This document shows positions 51,036-59,449 of a stretch of 64,000 nt of DNA, one piece after another; within the stretch, counting starts at the first letter, position 1; each line of letters starts with the position of its first letter. The notes under the pieces were generated by a model. That model was not told where the DNA came from. It did not search any database and saw only the letters and a list, made by a program, of their open reading frames with translations. Location of the stretch: positions 1,504,001 through 1,568,000 of the forward strand of contig OZ250153.1 in assembly GCA_965237805.1 (NCBI GenBank), written 5' to 3'. The position numbers and the translations under genes are program-made. Source of the DNA: Gammaproteobacteria bacterium (GTDB lineage: Bacteria; Pseudomonadota; Gammaproteobacteria; JABABF01).

Positions 51036-52874
51036 ATGGCTACAAAAGAGCAAGAGCAAGAGCAAGAGCAAGAGCAAGAGCAAGAGACAGGTTTCTTGTC
51101 TCGCCTATTCAGCGGTAGGAGCAATGTCGGTGCCGATAACGATGCCGCCGCACGGGCATCGGGTCCTAGCGAAGGCACCACCGAGGTTGATTTTATCATC
51201 GAGCAGGCCGAATGGCTCGGTGTCGCTCCGATCATAGCGCGCAAAGACCTGCCAGACCAGCACCCGATCAGCTCTGCCCACCCGCAGCTCTACGAGTGGG
51301 CCATGGGTCATCCGGAGTTCCTCTGTCTGTTGTCAGATGGCGTGACGCTGGTCAGCTCGAAACCCTCCCATCCGGCGGTGCAAACGGCCAAGAATATGCT
51401 GGCTAGCATGGGGCGCCAGCCCGTGGTGCGTCCAGCGGTGCAGAACATCGTGCGCCATTTGCGCGACATCATGGTGGCCGAGCCAACGCCGGGGGAGGAG
51501 GGCGCCCGGCAGTTGGAGCAAATCTCCGCCGCCGCTACTGACGTGCAGCGTCTCTTTCACGCCATCGTCGAGGCGGCGCTCAATCGCGGTGCATCGGATA
51601 TCCACATGGAGATGCGCGAGCAGCAGACAAACATCAAGTTCCGCATCGACGGTCGCCTGATTTTGTTCGATACCGTGGGGCGCGATGAGCTGCTGGCACT
51701 GGGGAACTACATGTTCAATGCCGAGGCCAAACGTGGCTCTTTGCAGTTTATGCTGGACAAGCCCTTGCACGGTTCGCTCGATTTCCGCATGGGCACGACA
51801 GTGGTGCCGATCCGTCTCAGCACCGCCCCCGATGTGCGCGGTGTCGATATCTTCCTGCGCGTTTGGCGCCCCAACACCAGCGGTATCAAGATTGAGGAAG
51901 CTGGCTATTCGACCTTGCAGATCTCACTGCTGCAAGAGGCCATGTCTCGTCCCTATGGTGTGATAGTGATGTCTGGCCCCACTGGCTCTGGCAAGAGCAC
52001 ATCACTGACAGCATTGTTGGAGACGGTGGATCCGCAACACAAGATCATCTCACTTGAGGAGCCGGTCGAGCGCATGTTGCCCAATGTGACCCATGTCCCG
52101 ATCGCCATCCATGTCCGTGAGAGCGGCTGGGATGTCCTGCGTGCCTCGCTGAACCGGTGGGACACCAATATCAATTTTCTCGGTGAGGTCAAAGATCGCA
52201 ACACGGCCGAGGCGATCAAGGATTTGGCCACTTCGGGTAAGTTATGCGTGACCACCCTGCATGCTTCCAATGTCTTGTCGATCCCCTCCCGACTCGAGGA
52301 TCTTGGTGTCGAGGCCTCAATGATCTACGATCCGAATTTCCTGATTTGTCTGATCAACCAGCGCCTGTTGCCACAGAATTGTACGCACTGCCGTGTGCCG
52401 TTGGAAAAGCAGGCCGCACGGCTGGATCGCTACACGCTGAATCGCTACAAGAAATTATTCAAGGGCCATGAGAGCGAGGTCTACTTTATGGGACCCGGTT
52501 GCAATCATTGTGATGGTACGGGTATTGCCGGGCGACGCTTGGCGGCCGAGGTGGTCATGCTCGACGATGATGGCCGCACTTTCATTCGCGAACGCGACCA
52601 AATGGGCTGGCGCGCATACCTGTTGGAGCGCGGTTTTCAACCGATCAGCACACATGTGCTGAGATATGTCCTCAGCGGTGATGCCGATCCCGTTGTCGCC
52701 GAACGCGCCGTCGGCTTGCTTGATTCCTCTCACCAAGTACAGTTTGATTACCGATTGCGCCAAGATGCCTTGGATGCCGCTCTCCGGGAGAGTGACACGA
52801 CGGCCCATCGCGATACTACGCTTGGTGCTGGCAAGGATACGGGTGCCGCCACCCGACAGCAGGCGGCCTCTTAG
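51036..52874 (+). CDS. Type IV pilus assembly ATPase (GspE/PilB family, PilQ-like)
   Basis: ASDIH, FRIDG, Walker A GPTGSGKS, LEEPVE, GEVKD, TTLH, QRL, CxxC...CxxC. Confidence 0.9.
   Translation: MATKEQEQEQEQEQEQETGFLSRLFSGRSNVGADNDAAARASGPSEGTTEVDFIIEQAEWLGVAPIIARKDLPDQHPISSAHPQLYEWAMGHPEFLCLLSDGVTLVSSKPSHPAVQTAKNMLASMGRQPVVRPAVQNIVRHLRDIMVAEPTPGEEGARQLEQISAAATDVQRLFHAIVEAALNRGASDIHMEMREQQTNIKFRIDGRLILFDTVGRDELLALGNYMFNAEAKRGSLQFMLDKPLHGSLDFRMGTTVVPIRLSTAPDVRGVDIFLRVWRPNTSGIKIEEAGYSTLQISLLQEAMSRPYGVIVMSGPTGSGKSTSLTALLETVDPQHKIISLEEPVERMLPNVTHVPIAIHVRESGWDVLRASLNRWDTNINFLGEVKDRNTAEAIKDLATSGKLCVTTLHASNVLSIPSRLEDLGVEASMIYDPNFLICLINQRLLPQNCTHCRVPLEKQAARLDRYTLNRYKKLFKGHESEVYFMGPGCNHCDGTGIAGRRLAAEVVMLDDDGRTFIRERDQMGWRAYLLERGFQPISTHVLRYVLSGDADPVVAERAVGLLDSSHQVQFDYRLRQDALDAALRESDTTAHRDTTLGAGKDTGAATRQQAAS
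51048..51086 (+). repeat. Hexanucleotide tandem repeat (GAGCAA)6 encoding (EQ)6E
   Basis: Six perfect GAGCAA units plus GAG directly after MATK. Confidence 0.9.
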
Positions 52875-52956
52875 CATGCGCTGCGTCGCGTGTTGTGAGC
52901 AGCGCGGCGCGGCGCGGCACCGCCCAGACCCAGCCCAGCTTCGCTGAGGCCCGACC

Positions 52957-53994
52957 ATGAGCCTCTACGACAGTTTTAACGACGGCCTGTTGCGCCTGCA
53001 GTTTGGGCGCAAGGCACAGGCCGACTATGTGCGCGCTTTCTTTTCCCTACTCGACGAAGGGGTGCCCCTGCGCGATGCATTGATCAATATCCGTGCCATT
53101 GGCAATCCGGTGGAGCAGATGGTTGCCAAGCGCATGTACCAAGCTTTACGCGCTGGCCAGCCGGTGGCGCGGGGCATGCAAGGCCTGTTCGATCCGGTGG
53201 TTGTGGGGTCGCTGGCGGCTGGTGAGCAGACCCCAAATTTCATCCCCAATGGCTTGCGCATCGCCGATGTGATGGAGAGTGAGCTCGGTGTGTTCGGTGA
53301 GGTGGTAGGCAAGCTGTTGCCACCGATACTCTTTATGGCTCTGGTGTTGGCGATGTTCACCCAGATGCGGTTGCGTTTCTATCCGCTGATCCTGCATATC
53401 AAGCCGATAGAGCAGTGGACTTTGCCGGGTCGGATCGTCTACCACACTGGCGACTTCCTCGCCTCCCACTGGCTGGTAGTCATCATTGGTATCGTTGTGG
53501 GCATAGCGTTGTTCGGCTCTTTTATCACGCGCTATACGGGGGTCGGTCGCCAGTTGCTCGATCGGATGCCGCTCTTCGCGCTCTACCGGGAAAATACCGC
53601 GGCCAAGAGCCTCGAGTCGATGGCGCTGGTGTTGTCTTCCGGCATGGAGATGCGCAATACCTTGCGCCTGATGCACGACAGCTCGCCGCCGCTGGCACGG
53701 CTCTACCTGCGCAAGATGATGGGGCGTCTGCAAGAGGGTGGCACACTGGCCGATGTCATTGATGTCGGCTTTCTCGGCAGAGAAGAGATCTCCTTGTTGA
53801 AGTTGCTGGCCCAGCACCGGGGCTTCATGGATGCTATGCAGCGCGTCGCGCGCAAGAGTGGCGAAGCCGTGCGACGGCGGGTGCGGCTCACCGTGCGGCC
53901 GCTTCAAGTCATCCTGTTTGGCGTGGTCGGCTTGGGCTACGGTCTGATGATCTTTGCCGTCTATACCAATACCCAGAACTTGGCCTCGTTCTGA
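52957..53994 (+). CDS. Pilus inner membrane platform protein (GspF family, PilR-like)
   Basis: LLDEGVPLRDAL, AAGE, three TM segments, second cytoplasmic repeat LSSG...L; follows the ATPase. Confidence 0.8.
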   Translation: MSLYDSFNDGLLRLQFGRKAQADYVRAFFSLLDEGVPLRDALINIRAIGNPVEQMVAKRMYQALRAGQPVARGMQGLFDPVVVGSLAAGEQTPNFIPNGLRIADVMESELGVFGEVVGKLLPPILFMALVLAMFTQMRLRFYPLILHIKPIEQWTLPGRIVYHTGDFLASHWLVVIIGIVVGIALFGSFITRYTGVGRQLLDRMPLFALYRENTAAKSLESMALVLSSGMEMRNTLRLMHDSSPPLARLYLRKMMGRLQEGGTLADVIDVGFLGREEISLLKLLAQHRGFMDAMQRVARKSGEAVRRRVRLTVRPLQVILFGVVGLGYGLMIFAVYTNTQNLASF

Positions 53995-54019
53995 ATTTGG
54001 CATCGAGGGGTGGCAGGGC

Positions 54020-54049
54020 TTGACGCGCTGGCCAAGTGGATGTTACAAT
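54020..54049 (+). promoter_or_regulatory. Putative sigma70 promoter of the major pilin
   Basis: TTGACG-N18-TACAAT with extended -10 TG. Confidence 0.55.
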
Positions 54050-54145
54050 TGCCGACAGAAGTTGATTTCTGGCACACACGATCACGATCAGACCACCTCA
54101 AGATCCTTAAATCTTAAATACTGTAAGCCAACGGGGGCAGCACAT

Positions 54146-54787
54146 ATGACAACCAGATTCAATAACAGCTTGCAAGAAGCACGGTATTCGCGCGGTGCCA
54201 CCCTGATTGAACTCTCGGTGGTGGTGGTGATCATCGCATTGATCGTGGCGGGTGCCTTGGTCTCTTTCAGACAGGTGCAGCGCTCCCAGACCATTACCGA
54301 GGCTGCGAGCATCAATTCGCAGATTGTCTCGGCGGTCGCACGCATCTCCGGTGCCGTCGGCCCCTCTGGTTCTGGATTGATCGCTTGCGTGACTAATTGT
54401 GAGATGCAGGGAACTGCGGCGGTGATTATCGCCCAGACGCTGGGCAACACCGGTTTGGAAGAAAAAGCAAACAACTGTTGTGCTCTCATCTCAGGCAGCA
54501 ATCCCGGTGCCCAAACTGGTTTCACGAATGCCAATTCTTGGGGCGGAAATATCGTCCTCTATGCATACAATGCACGCTCTATCATCGTCCGCCATACCGC
54601 TGTGCCAGACTATGCGCTCACATCGCTGACCAACGCTTTGGAATTGGGGGCGCAGTCCATTGTGACCAGCGACGCTCAGCTGACATCGCTGACTAGTAGC
54701 AGCGCGCTTAACTACACGGGGTCTAATTACGCTAGCGGCCTATATAATGGCACAGCTGGTCATGTCGACGGGCTCTATCAGTTCTGA
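54146..54787 (+). CDS. Major type IVb pilin (PilS-like)
   Basis: 17-aa leader ending SRG|ATLIEL followed by a hydrophobic helix; mature length about 196 aa; NSWGGNI motif; ends in YQF. Confidence 0.8.
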   Translation: MTTRFNNSLQEARYSRGATLIELSVVVVIIALIVAGALVSFRQVQRSQTITEAASINSQIVSAVARISGAVGPSGSGLIACVTNCEMQGTAAVIIAQTLGNTGLEEKANNCCALISGSNPGAQTGFTNANSWGGNIVLYAYNARSIIVRHTAVPDYALTSLTNALELGAQSIVTSDAQLTSLTSSSALNYTGSNYASGLYNGTAGHVDGLYQF

Positions 54788-54940
54788 AGCAGGCCTTGCC
54801 AGCTCGCGGTCGGTGCCGCACTGAGCCACCACTTTAGCGCTGTCTGTAGTCTGTATCAGCCTATCGGCTTGGCTTGAGGGCGCACTTGTTGCCCAGCGGC
54901 ATAGAGCGGGCTGTTTTGAGCCTGAGTTGGGGTTCCTGTG

Positions 54941-55777
54941 ATGGCTGAGGCGACCCAGTGGCCGGGGGCGTTCTCGCTGTGGTTGCTCGAATGGCAGCTG
55001 TTGCTCCAAGCGCAGCCTTGGCTGGTGCTGGTGCTGGCCGCGTTGGCTGGTGCCTGTGCTGGTAGTTTTCTCAATATGATGGTGTACCGGCTACCCCTGA
55101 TGGCAGAGCGCAGCTTGGCTTTGGCACGCGGTGTGGCACCACAGCAGCTGCCTGGTGGCGAGGCCCCCTACAACTTGGCCGTGCCCCGTTCGCACTGTCC
55201 GCATTGTCGGCAGCCGATTCCACTGTGGTACAACATCCCGCTGCTGAGCTATCTGTGGTTGCGCGGGCGTTGTGCAGCCTGTGGTGTAGCCATCCCGCCG
55301 CGCTATCTGTGGCTGGAATTGTCGACGGTGGTACTCTTTGTGCTCGCCGCGCAACGCACCAGCGGCGCACTGATGCCGCTGCTCGCCCTGTGGCTGGCGC
55401 TGGGTACATGGTTAGCAGCGCTGTGCCTCGCGCTGGAGCGGGACTACTTGCCGACAGCCATCGCTTGGTTGCCGTTGTGGCTTGGCCTGTTGCTGGTGGC
55501 GGGTGATCCCGCCCCCGCCGCCCCCGCACTGTGGGCAGCGGCGGTGGCGGCGGGGCTGGCGGCGTTGTGGCTACGGTGGCTACAACGCCACCCAGCCTCG
55601 CCAGAGCTGCTGGCGTTGTCAGCCGCCGCTGGGGCTTGGGGCGCTTGGCTCGGGCTCGCCTGTCTCGTCGTGCTGTGGGCTGTGGCCGCCCTGTGGGCGC
55701 GCTGGCGAGGAGCCCCCGCCACCGCCTCAGTGCCGTTGTTGGCACTGGCTGGTATTGCTGCGGCGCTGCTCGCCTGA
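54941..55777 (+). CDS. PilD-like protein: intact N-terminal Cys (methylase) domain, degenerate A24 peptidase domain
   Basis: GSFLN...RLP, PRSHCPHC, NIPLLSYLWLRGRCAAC; no recognisable catalytic Asp motifs downstream. Confidence 0.82.
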   Translation: MAEATQWPGAFSLWLLEWQLLLQAQPWLVLVLAALAGACAGSFLNMMVYRLPLMAERSLALARGVAPQQLPGGEAPYNLAVPRSHCPHCRQPIPLWYNIPLLSYLWLRGRCAACGVAIPPRYLWLELSTVVLFVLAAQRTSGALMPLLALWLALGTWLAALCLALERDYLPTAIAWLPLWLGLLLVAGDPAPAAPALWAAAVAAGLAALWLRWLQRHPASPELLALSAAAGAWGAWLGLACLVVLWAVAALWARWRGAPATASVPLLALAGIAAALLA

Positions 55778-55947
55778 ATCGATACCGCACGGCCAGCTCG
55801 GCCGCAATGCTTTCGGTCGCCAGCATGCATCGGTTATACTCCAGATCGCATTGGACAGTTTTTTCCCTGTGCCCATTGCGGTGGCAAGTGGCGGCGGCAA
55901 GTGGTCGCGAAAACCGCCATCCAGAGCGAGTTGCTGTGTCCCGAACC

Positions 55948-56682
55948 GTGCCGAAAAAACCACCACCCCATTCCCGCCACCCGGCGGCATTCGCGCCGCG
56001 CCACCCTGCGCTTGCTTTCACCCTGCTTGAAATGTCGATCGCGTTGACGGTGATCGTCAGCGCGATCCTCTATTCTGCGCTCTACTTGCGCGACGCATCG
56101 CGTCAATATGCGTTGGGGGGGCGAGCTTTTGCCACCATGCAGGAGATCGCACTCAGCGCGGACACTTTTTACTGGCAGAACTGCAGTGCTATCCAGCAGG
56201 CATTCGCTGCCAGCGGTGCACTCGTGCCCAGGGTGGTGGTGGCCAGCAATAATGCGCTGCTCAGCGCCCATCCCACCCTGCGCATGACGCTTCGTGGCAA
56301 CCAAAACTCGGTGAATCCGCTGAGCGGCACCACTTATGATGTCTATTATGAGCGCCACCGCAGGGATGGCGTGGTGGACAGCTATGGCATCACCATTCCG
56401 CCAACAGATGTGGTCTACCGTGTCGTGCAGTTCCCGGCACCGCCCGACCGCTCGGTGGCCGATGCCGTGGCGGACTATCAGCGCTATATGGATACCGCAC
56501 AACTGGTGGTGACAGCGGACAGTGACCGCACCGTTCTCTACCTCGCCCAAGTGCAGCGCAGTCCCATCGCCGACGATGTCTCCCTGCAGGCTTTTACCGC
56601 GGGGGCGCGCAGAATTGCCGCCAGCAGCTCGGCCTCGGTGTCGATCAACCCAGCCTGTGCCGCCACTGCCCCGGTGCGGTAG
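55948..56682 (+). CDS. Minor pilin-like protein
   Basis: A|FTLLEMSIALTVIVSAIL class III signal-like motif, NPLSG, two Cys; start uncertain (GTG 55948 chosen, downstream of TATACT at 55835). Confidence 0.65.
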   Translation: MPKKPPPHSRHPAAFAPRHPALAFTLLEMSIALTVIVSAILYSALYLRDASRQYALGGRAFATMQEIALSADTFYWQNCSAIQQAFAASGALVPRVVVASNNALLSAHPTLRMTLRGNQNSVNPLSGTTYDVYYERHRRDGVVDSYGITIPPTDVVYRVVQFPAPPDRSVADAVADYQRYMDTAQLVVTADSDRTVLYLAQVQRSPIADDVSLQAFTAGARRIAASSSASVSINPACAATAPVR

Positions 56683-56736
56683 CTGCTGGCACAACCCACA
56701 TGTCGCAGGCAATTTTCCATATCTTGGCCCGCGTGT

Positions 56737-56745
56737 TGTTATACT
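56737..56745 (+). promoter_or_regulatory. Putative extended -10 promoter for the giant pilin genes
   Basis: TGTTATACT in an AT-rich spacer about 50 nt before the start. Confidence 0.4.
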
Positions 56746-56797
56746 GTGGTTTAATGCACGAAGTGGATTTTAGCGATACGACGAGGCTTGGCACGTG

Positions 56798-59449
56798 ATG
56801 CTCTCGACGCTTACTGACGATCTGCAACAGCACGTTTCTATGACTGTGGCTGCCAGTGGTGCTGCCAGCACAGCGCAACAATGGCACAAGTCCACTCGGC
56901 GGTGCCTGCCCGCTCACCCGCCGCGCCGTCGTCGTCGGGGAATCACACTGATCGATATGTCGGTGCTGCTGACATTTGCCGCCATCGTGGTGGGTGTGGC
57001 GGCGATGGAGCGGGTGCGCGGCCAAGCTCGTGATTTCGCCATCTCCAGCGGTTTGGAATTGCGTGAGGTGCTGGATGCGGCGATGGTCTACCGCTACCAG
57101 ACCGGTGAGTGGCCACTGAATCAATGCTCGCGTTCCTATGCCCAAGGTCTGGGCAATGACTGCAATGGCGATGGCAGTGCGGACAGCGGTGATCTCAGCG
57201 GCCTGACACAGCTGGTGGAGGTGGGGCGTCTGCCGGACTTACAGCGCCACCGGAACAACCAGGGGCGCGACGGCCAATGGATCTCGCTACAGCCATGGGA
57301 TGCTGCCACCGCTGCCGTCTCTACTAACTCGGCGGACATCGCCTCGGTGCTGCGTTCCGACAGTCTGCGCATGGAGACCGTGGTGGGCTCGAATCTCAGT
57401 GCCTATGCGAACTACATCGCCCGCTTGGTGCCGGGTACTGAGGTTGAGCAACGGGGTGCTGATACCGTCCTTGTCACCACCCTCCAGTTCGGCGGCTACA
57501 GCGCCATTCTGCTCTCGCAGCTGGGCCTTAGCACCGGCTACTTCAATTCCCTGCGGGTCCCAGAAGTGGTGCTGAGTCGGCGGGTGATATTAGATGCCCC
57601 GCAACCCGGTCTGCTACGGATACGCCCCTATATAGAGACCGATCCATCGCTGCTGGGGTCTCACCCCCGCCGGGTGCGCGTCAACACAAGCGGTGAGCGT
57701 CTCTCCGATCAGTCTACGGCTGCCCTGGCTGATGGTGATGACGATCCTCTTGTCATTACGAATGAAACTGGTGAACTCTATACTTCAGAGATTTCGATCA
57801 ACTTGGCTGATGCCTCTCGGCAGGCCGTCAGAATCAGTCCCTCACCAGCGTTGGTCTTCGGTGTCGCGGCCTTGGAGGACAGCGTGGGTATGCCGAGCAG
57901 CGACAGCGGTGACCGCGTCGAACTGCGGGCAATTTCGGGTAATCGTCTGCAAATTGTCGAGCGTGACACCGCCGTTTTCATGCCCGATGGCACCACGCCG
58001 CTGCGCCAAGACAATTTCGATGGTCGTCCGTTACGCAAACTCTATCGCACCGCAACTCATTTTCTCAGCTTCGATTATGTGAACAACTCCAATGAGACTT
58101 ATTACTATCTCAGGCAAACCAATCGCGCCACTCAAAGCTATGAGCCGCGACCGCACTTCATCGATTCCGGTAGCTTTTCTGGCTCGGCCTATGATGGCTT
58201 ACCACCTTATTTGATTACCGCACAGATTGATGGCGGTTATCCTGGTCGGAGATTGTTAGGCGCGACGCGCACCGCGCTGATGTTCGCTGGCATCTATGAC
58301 CATCCCGACACCAGCCCGGCGCTCTTTCCCAATGGTGCCCCCGCTGGCACCTCTGCTCTCACCGCCACGGCCAGGGAGGGGCATGCTCGCATTATCTTGG
58401 CTCATAGGGTTGGTCAACATTCATATATACAAGCTGTACGCCGCGTGGTTGGAGGTGCCCTTAACAACCTAACGGACATTATGTTTAACATGGATCTGTG
58501 GGGATCTATGGAGCCTGCTTTCGCTGAGCAGCTGTTCTTGGACGACGCGCCGGCGGTGCAAAATGCCGATATCCCCGGTCGCTCCTACGATAGAGCAGTC
58601 TACAGCCGTACAATCGATGGTCTGTTCGTGATATGCCACCTGCCGGAGCTGTTGACAGCGAGCGGCAATACCGATTGCGGTAACCCGCGAGCTGGTGCGA
58701 CAGGGCCGATGGATGTGCTCGGCAATCAGACCGGTGATCTGGGCTGGGTCATCCCGCGGCTCAGCGTCTATTTCAGCGCTACCGGAGGCTATATGAATCT
58801 CCACCACGTATTTAAGGACATTAACAGCGATACGAACGATCGCTATGGAGAAATCGAGTTGTGGTCCGACGGAGATAGTGGCAATCAGGCGGGTCGCACG
58901 GTGCAGCGGGAGCCCGGACGGCACCGTCGCGTCTGGATCAGTGGTAGATTCGGGCTGCGCATTGGTGACAACGATGATGCTTACCAAAACTACCAAGATT
59001 CCCGGGCACTGCGCGTCCGCCAGCTTGATGTGGGCATTGGGACAGCATATAGATTTGCCCTCCACCCTTACATCACCCCCGAGGGCGCCTCGAATGCGCT
59101 CTTTCTAGATGGCAACACGGAGGGCGTTTCTTTTGTGGGCATCGGTGTCGCTGGCCAAACCGAAACCGCGATCATCGATTTTGGCGGCTCCACTGACGGT
59201 GCCCGCACCCCGCTGAGGCTGCAGGGTAGCCCGCAGATCCTCGTCACAGACCCCAGCACCGGATCGCCTTCGTTGAACTTGTGGTACGGGGCGAGTGACC
59301 ACCCGGTTGTTGACGATAGCCGCGTGCCCTTCATGAATGTCAGGAATCTCGCGGTGGAGTCACTGAATGCTTTGGACTGTTTTAAGTGCGCTGGCGGTAC
59401 CGCCAGCGACTGCCCTCATGTGAGCTATACTGATTATGGTTGCCCCTAA
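56798..59449 (+). CDS. Giant pilin-headed protein 1 (putative tip adhesin)
   Basis: RRRRRG|ITLIDMSVLL, ELREVLDAAMVYRYQTGEWPL, DCNGDG loop, Cys-rich C-terminus. Confidence 0.7.
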   Translation: MLSTLTDDLQQHVSMTVAASGAASTAQQWHKSTRRCLPAHPPRRRRRGITLIDMSVLLTFAAIVVGVAAMERVRGQARDFAISSGLELREVLDAAMVYRYQTGEWPLNQCSRSYAQGLGNDCNGDGSADSGDLSGLTQLVEVGRLPDLQRHRNNQGRDGQWISLQPWDAATAAVSTNSADIASVLRSDSLRMETVVGSNLSAYANYIARLVPGTEVEQRGADTVLVTTLQFGGYSAILLSQLGLSTGYFNSLRVPEVVLSRRVILDAPQPGLLRIRPYIETDPSLLGSHPRRVRVNTSGERLSDQSTAALADGDDDPLVITNETGELYTSEISINLADASRQAVRISPSPALVFGVAALEDSVGMPSSDSGDRVELRAISGNRLQIVERDTAVFMPDGTTPLRQDNFDGRPLRKLYRTATHFLSFDYVNNSNETYYYLRQTNRATQSYEPRPHFIDSGSFSGSAYDGLPPYLITAQIDGGYPGRRLLGATRTALMFAGIYDHPDTSPALFPNGAPAGTSALTATAREGHARIILAHRVGQHSYIQAVRRVVGGALNNLTDIMFNMDLWGSMEPAFAEQLFLDDAPAVQNADIPGRSYDRAVYSRTIDGLFVICHLPELLTASGNTDCGNPRAGATGPMDVLGNQTGDLGWVIPRLSVYFSATGGYMNLHHVFKDINSDTNDRYGEIELWSDGDSGNQAGRTVQREPGRHRRVWISGRFGLRIGDNDDAYQNYQDSRALRVRQLDVGIGTAYRFALHPYITPEGASNALFLDGNTEGVSFVGIGVAGQTETAIIDFGGSTDGARTPLRLQGSPQILVTDPSTGSPSLNLWYGASDHPVVDDSRVPFMNVRNLAVESLNALDCFKCAGGTASDCPHVSYTDYGCP

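Noticed and set aside
50008-55777. Calling the locus a T2SS, Tad or T4a system
   Set aside because: Pilin size and leader, PilP-like position and lack of gspG-K, Flp/Tad or pilMNOPQ/pilT genes fit T4b better; a phylogeny is still needed.
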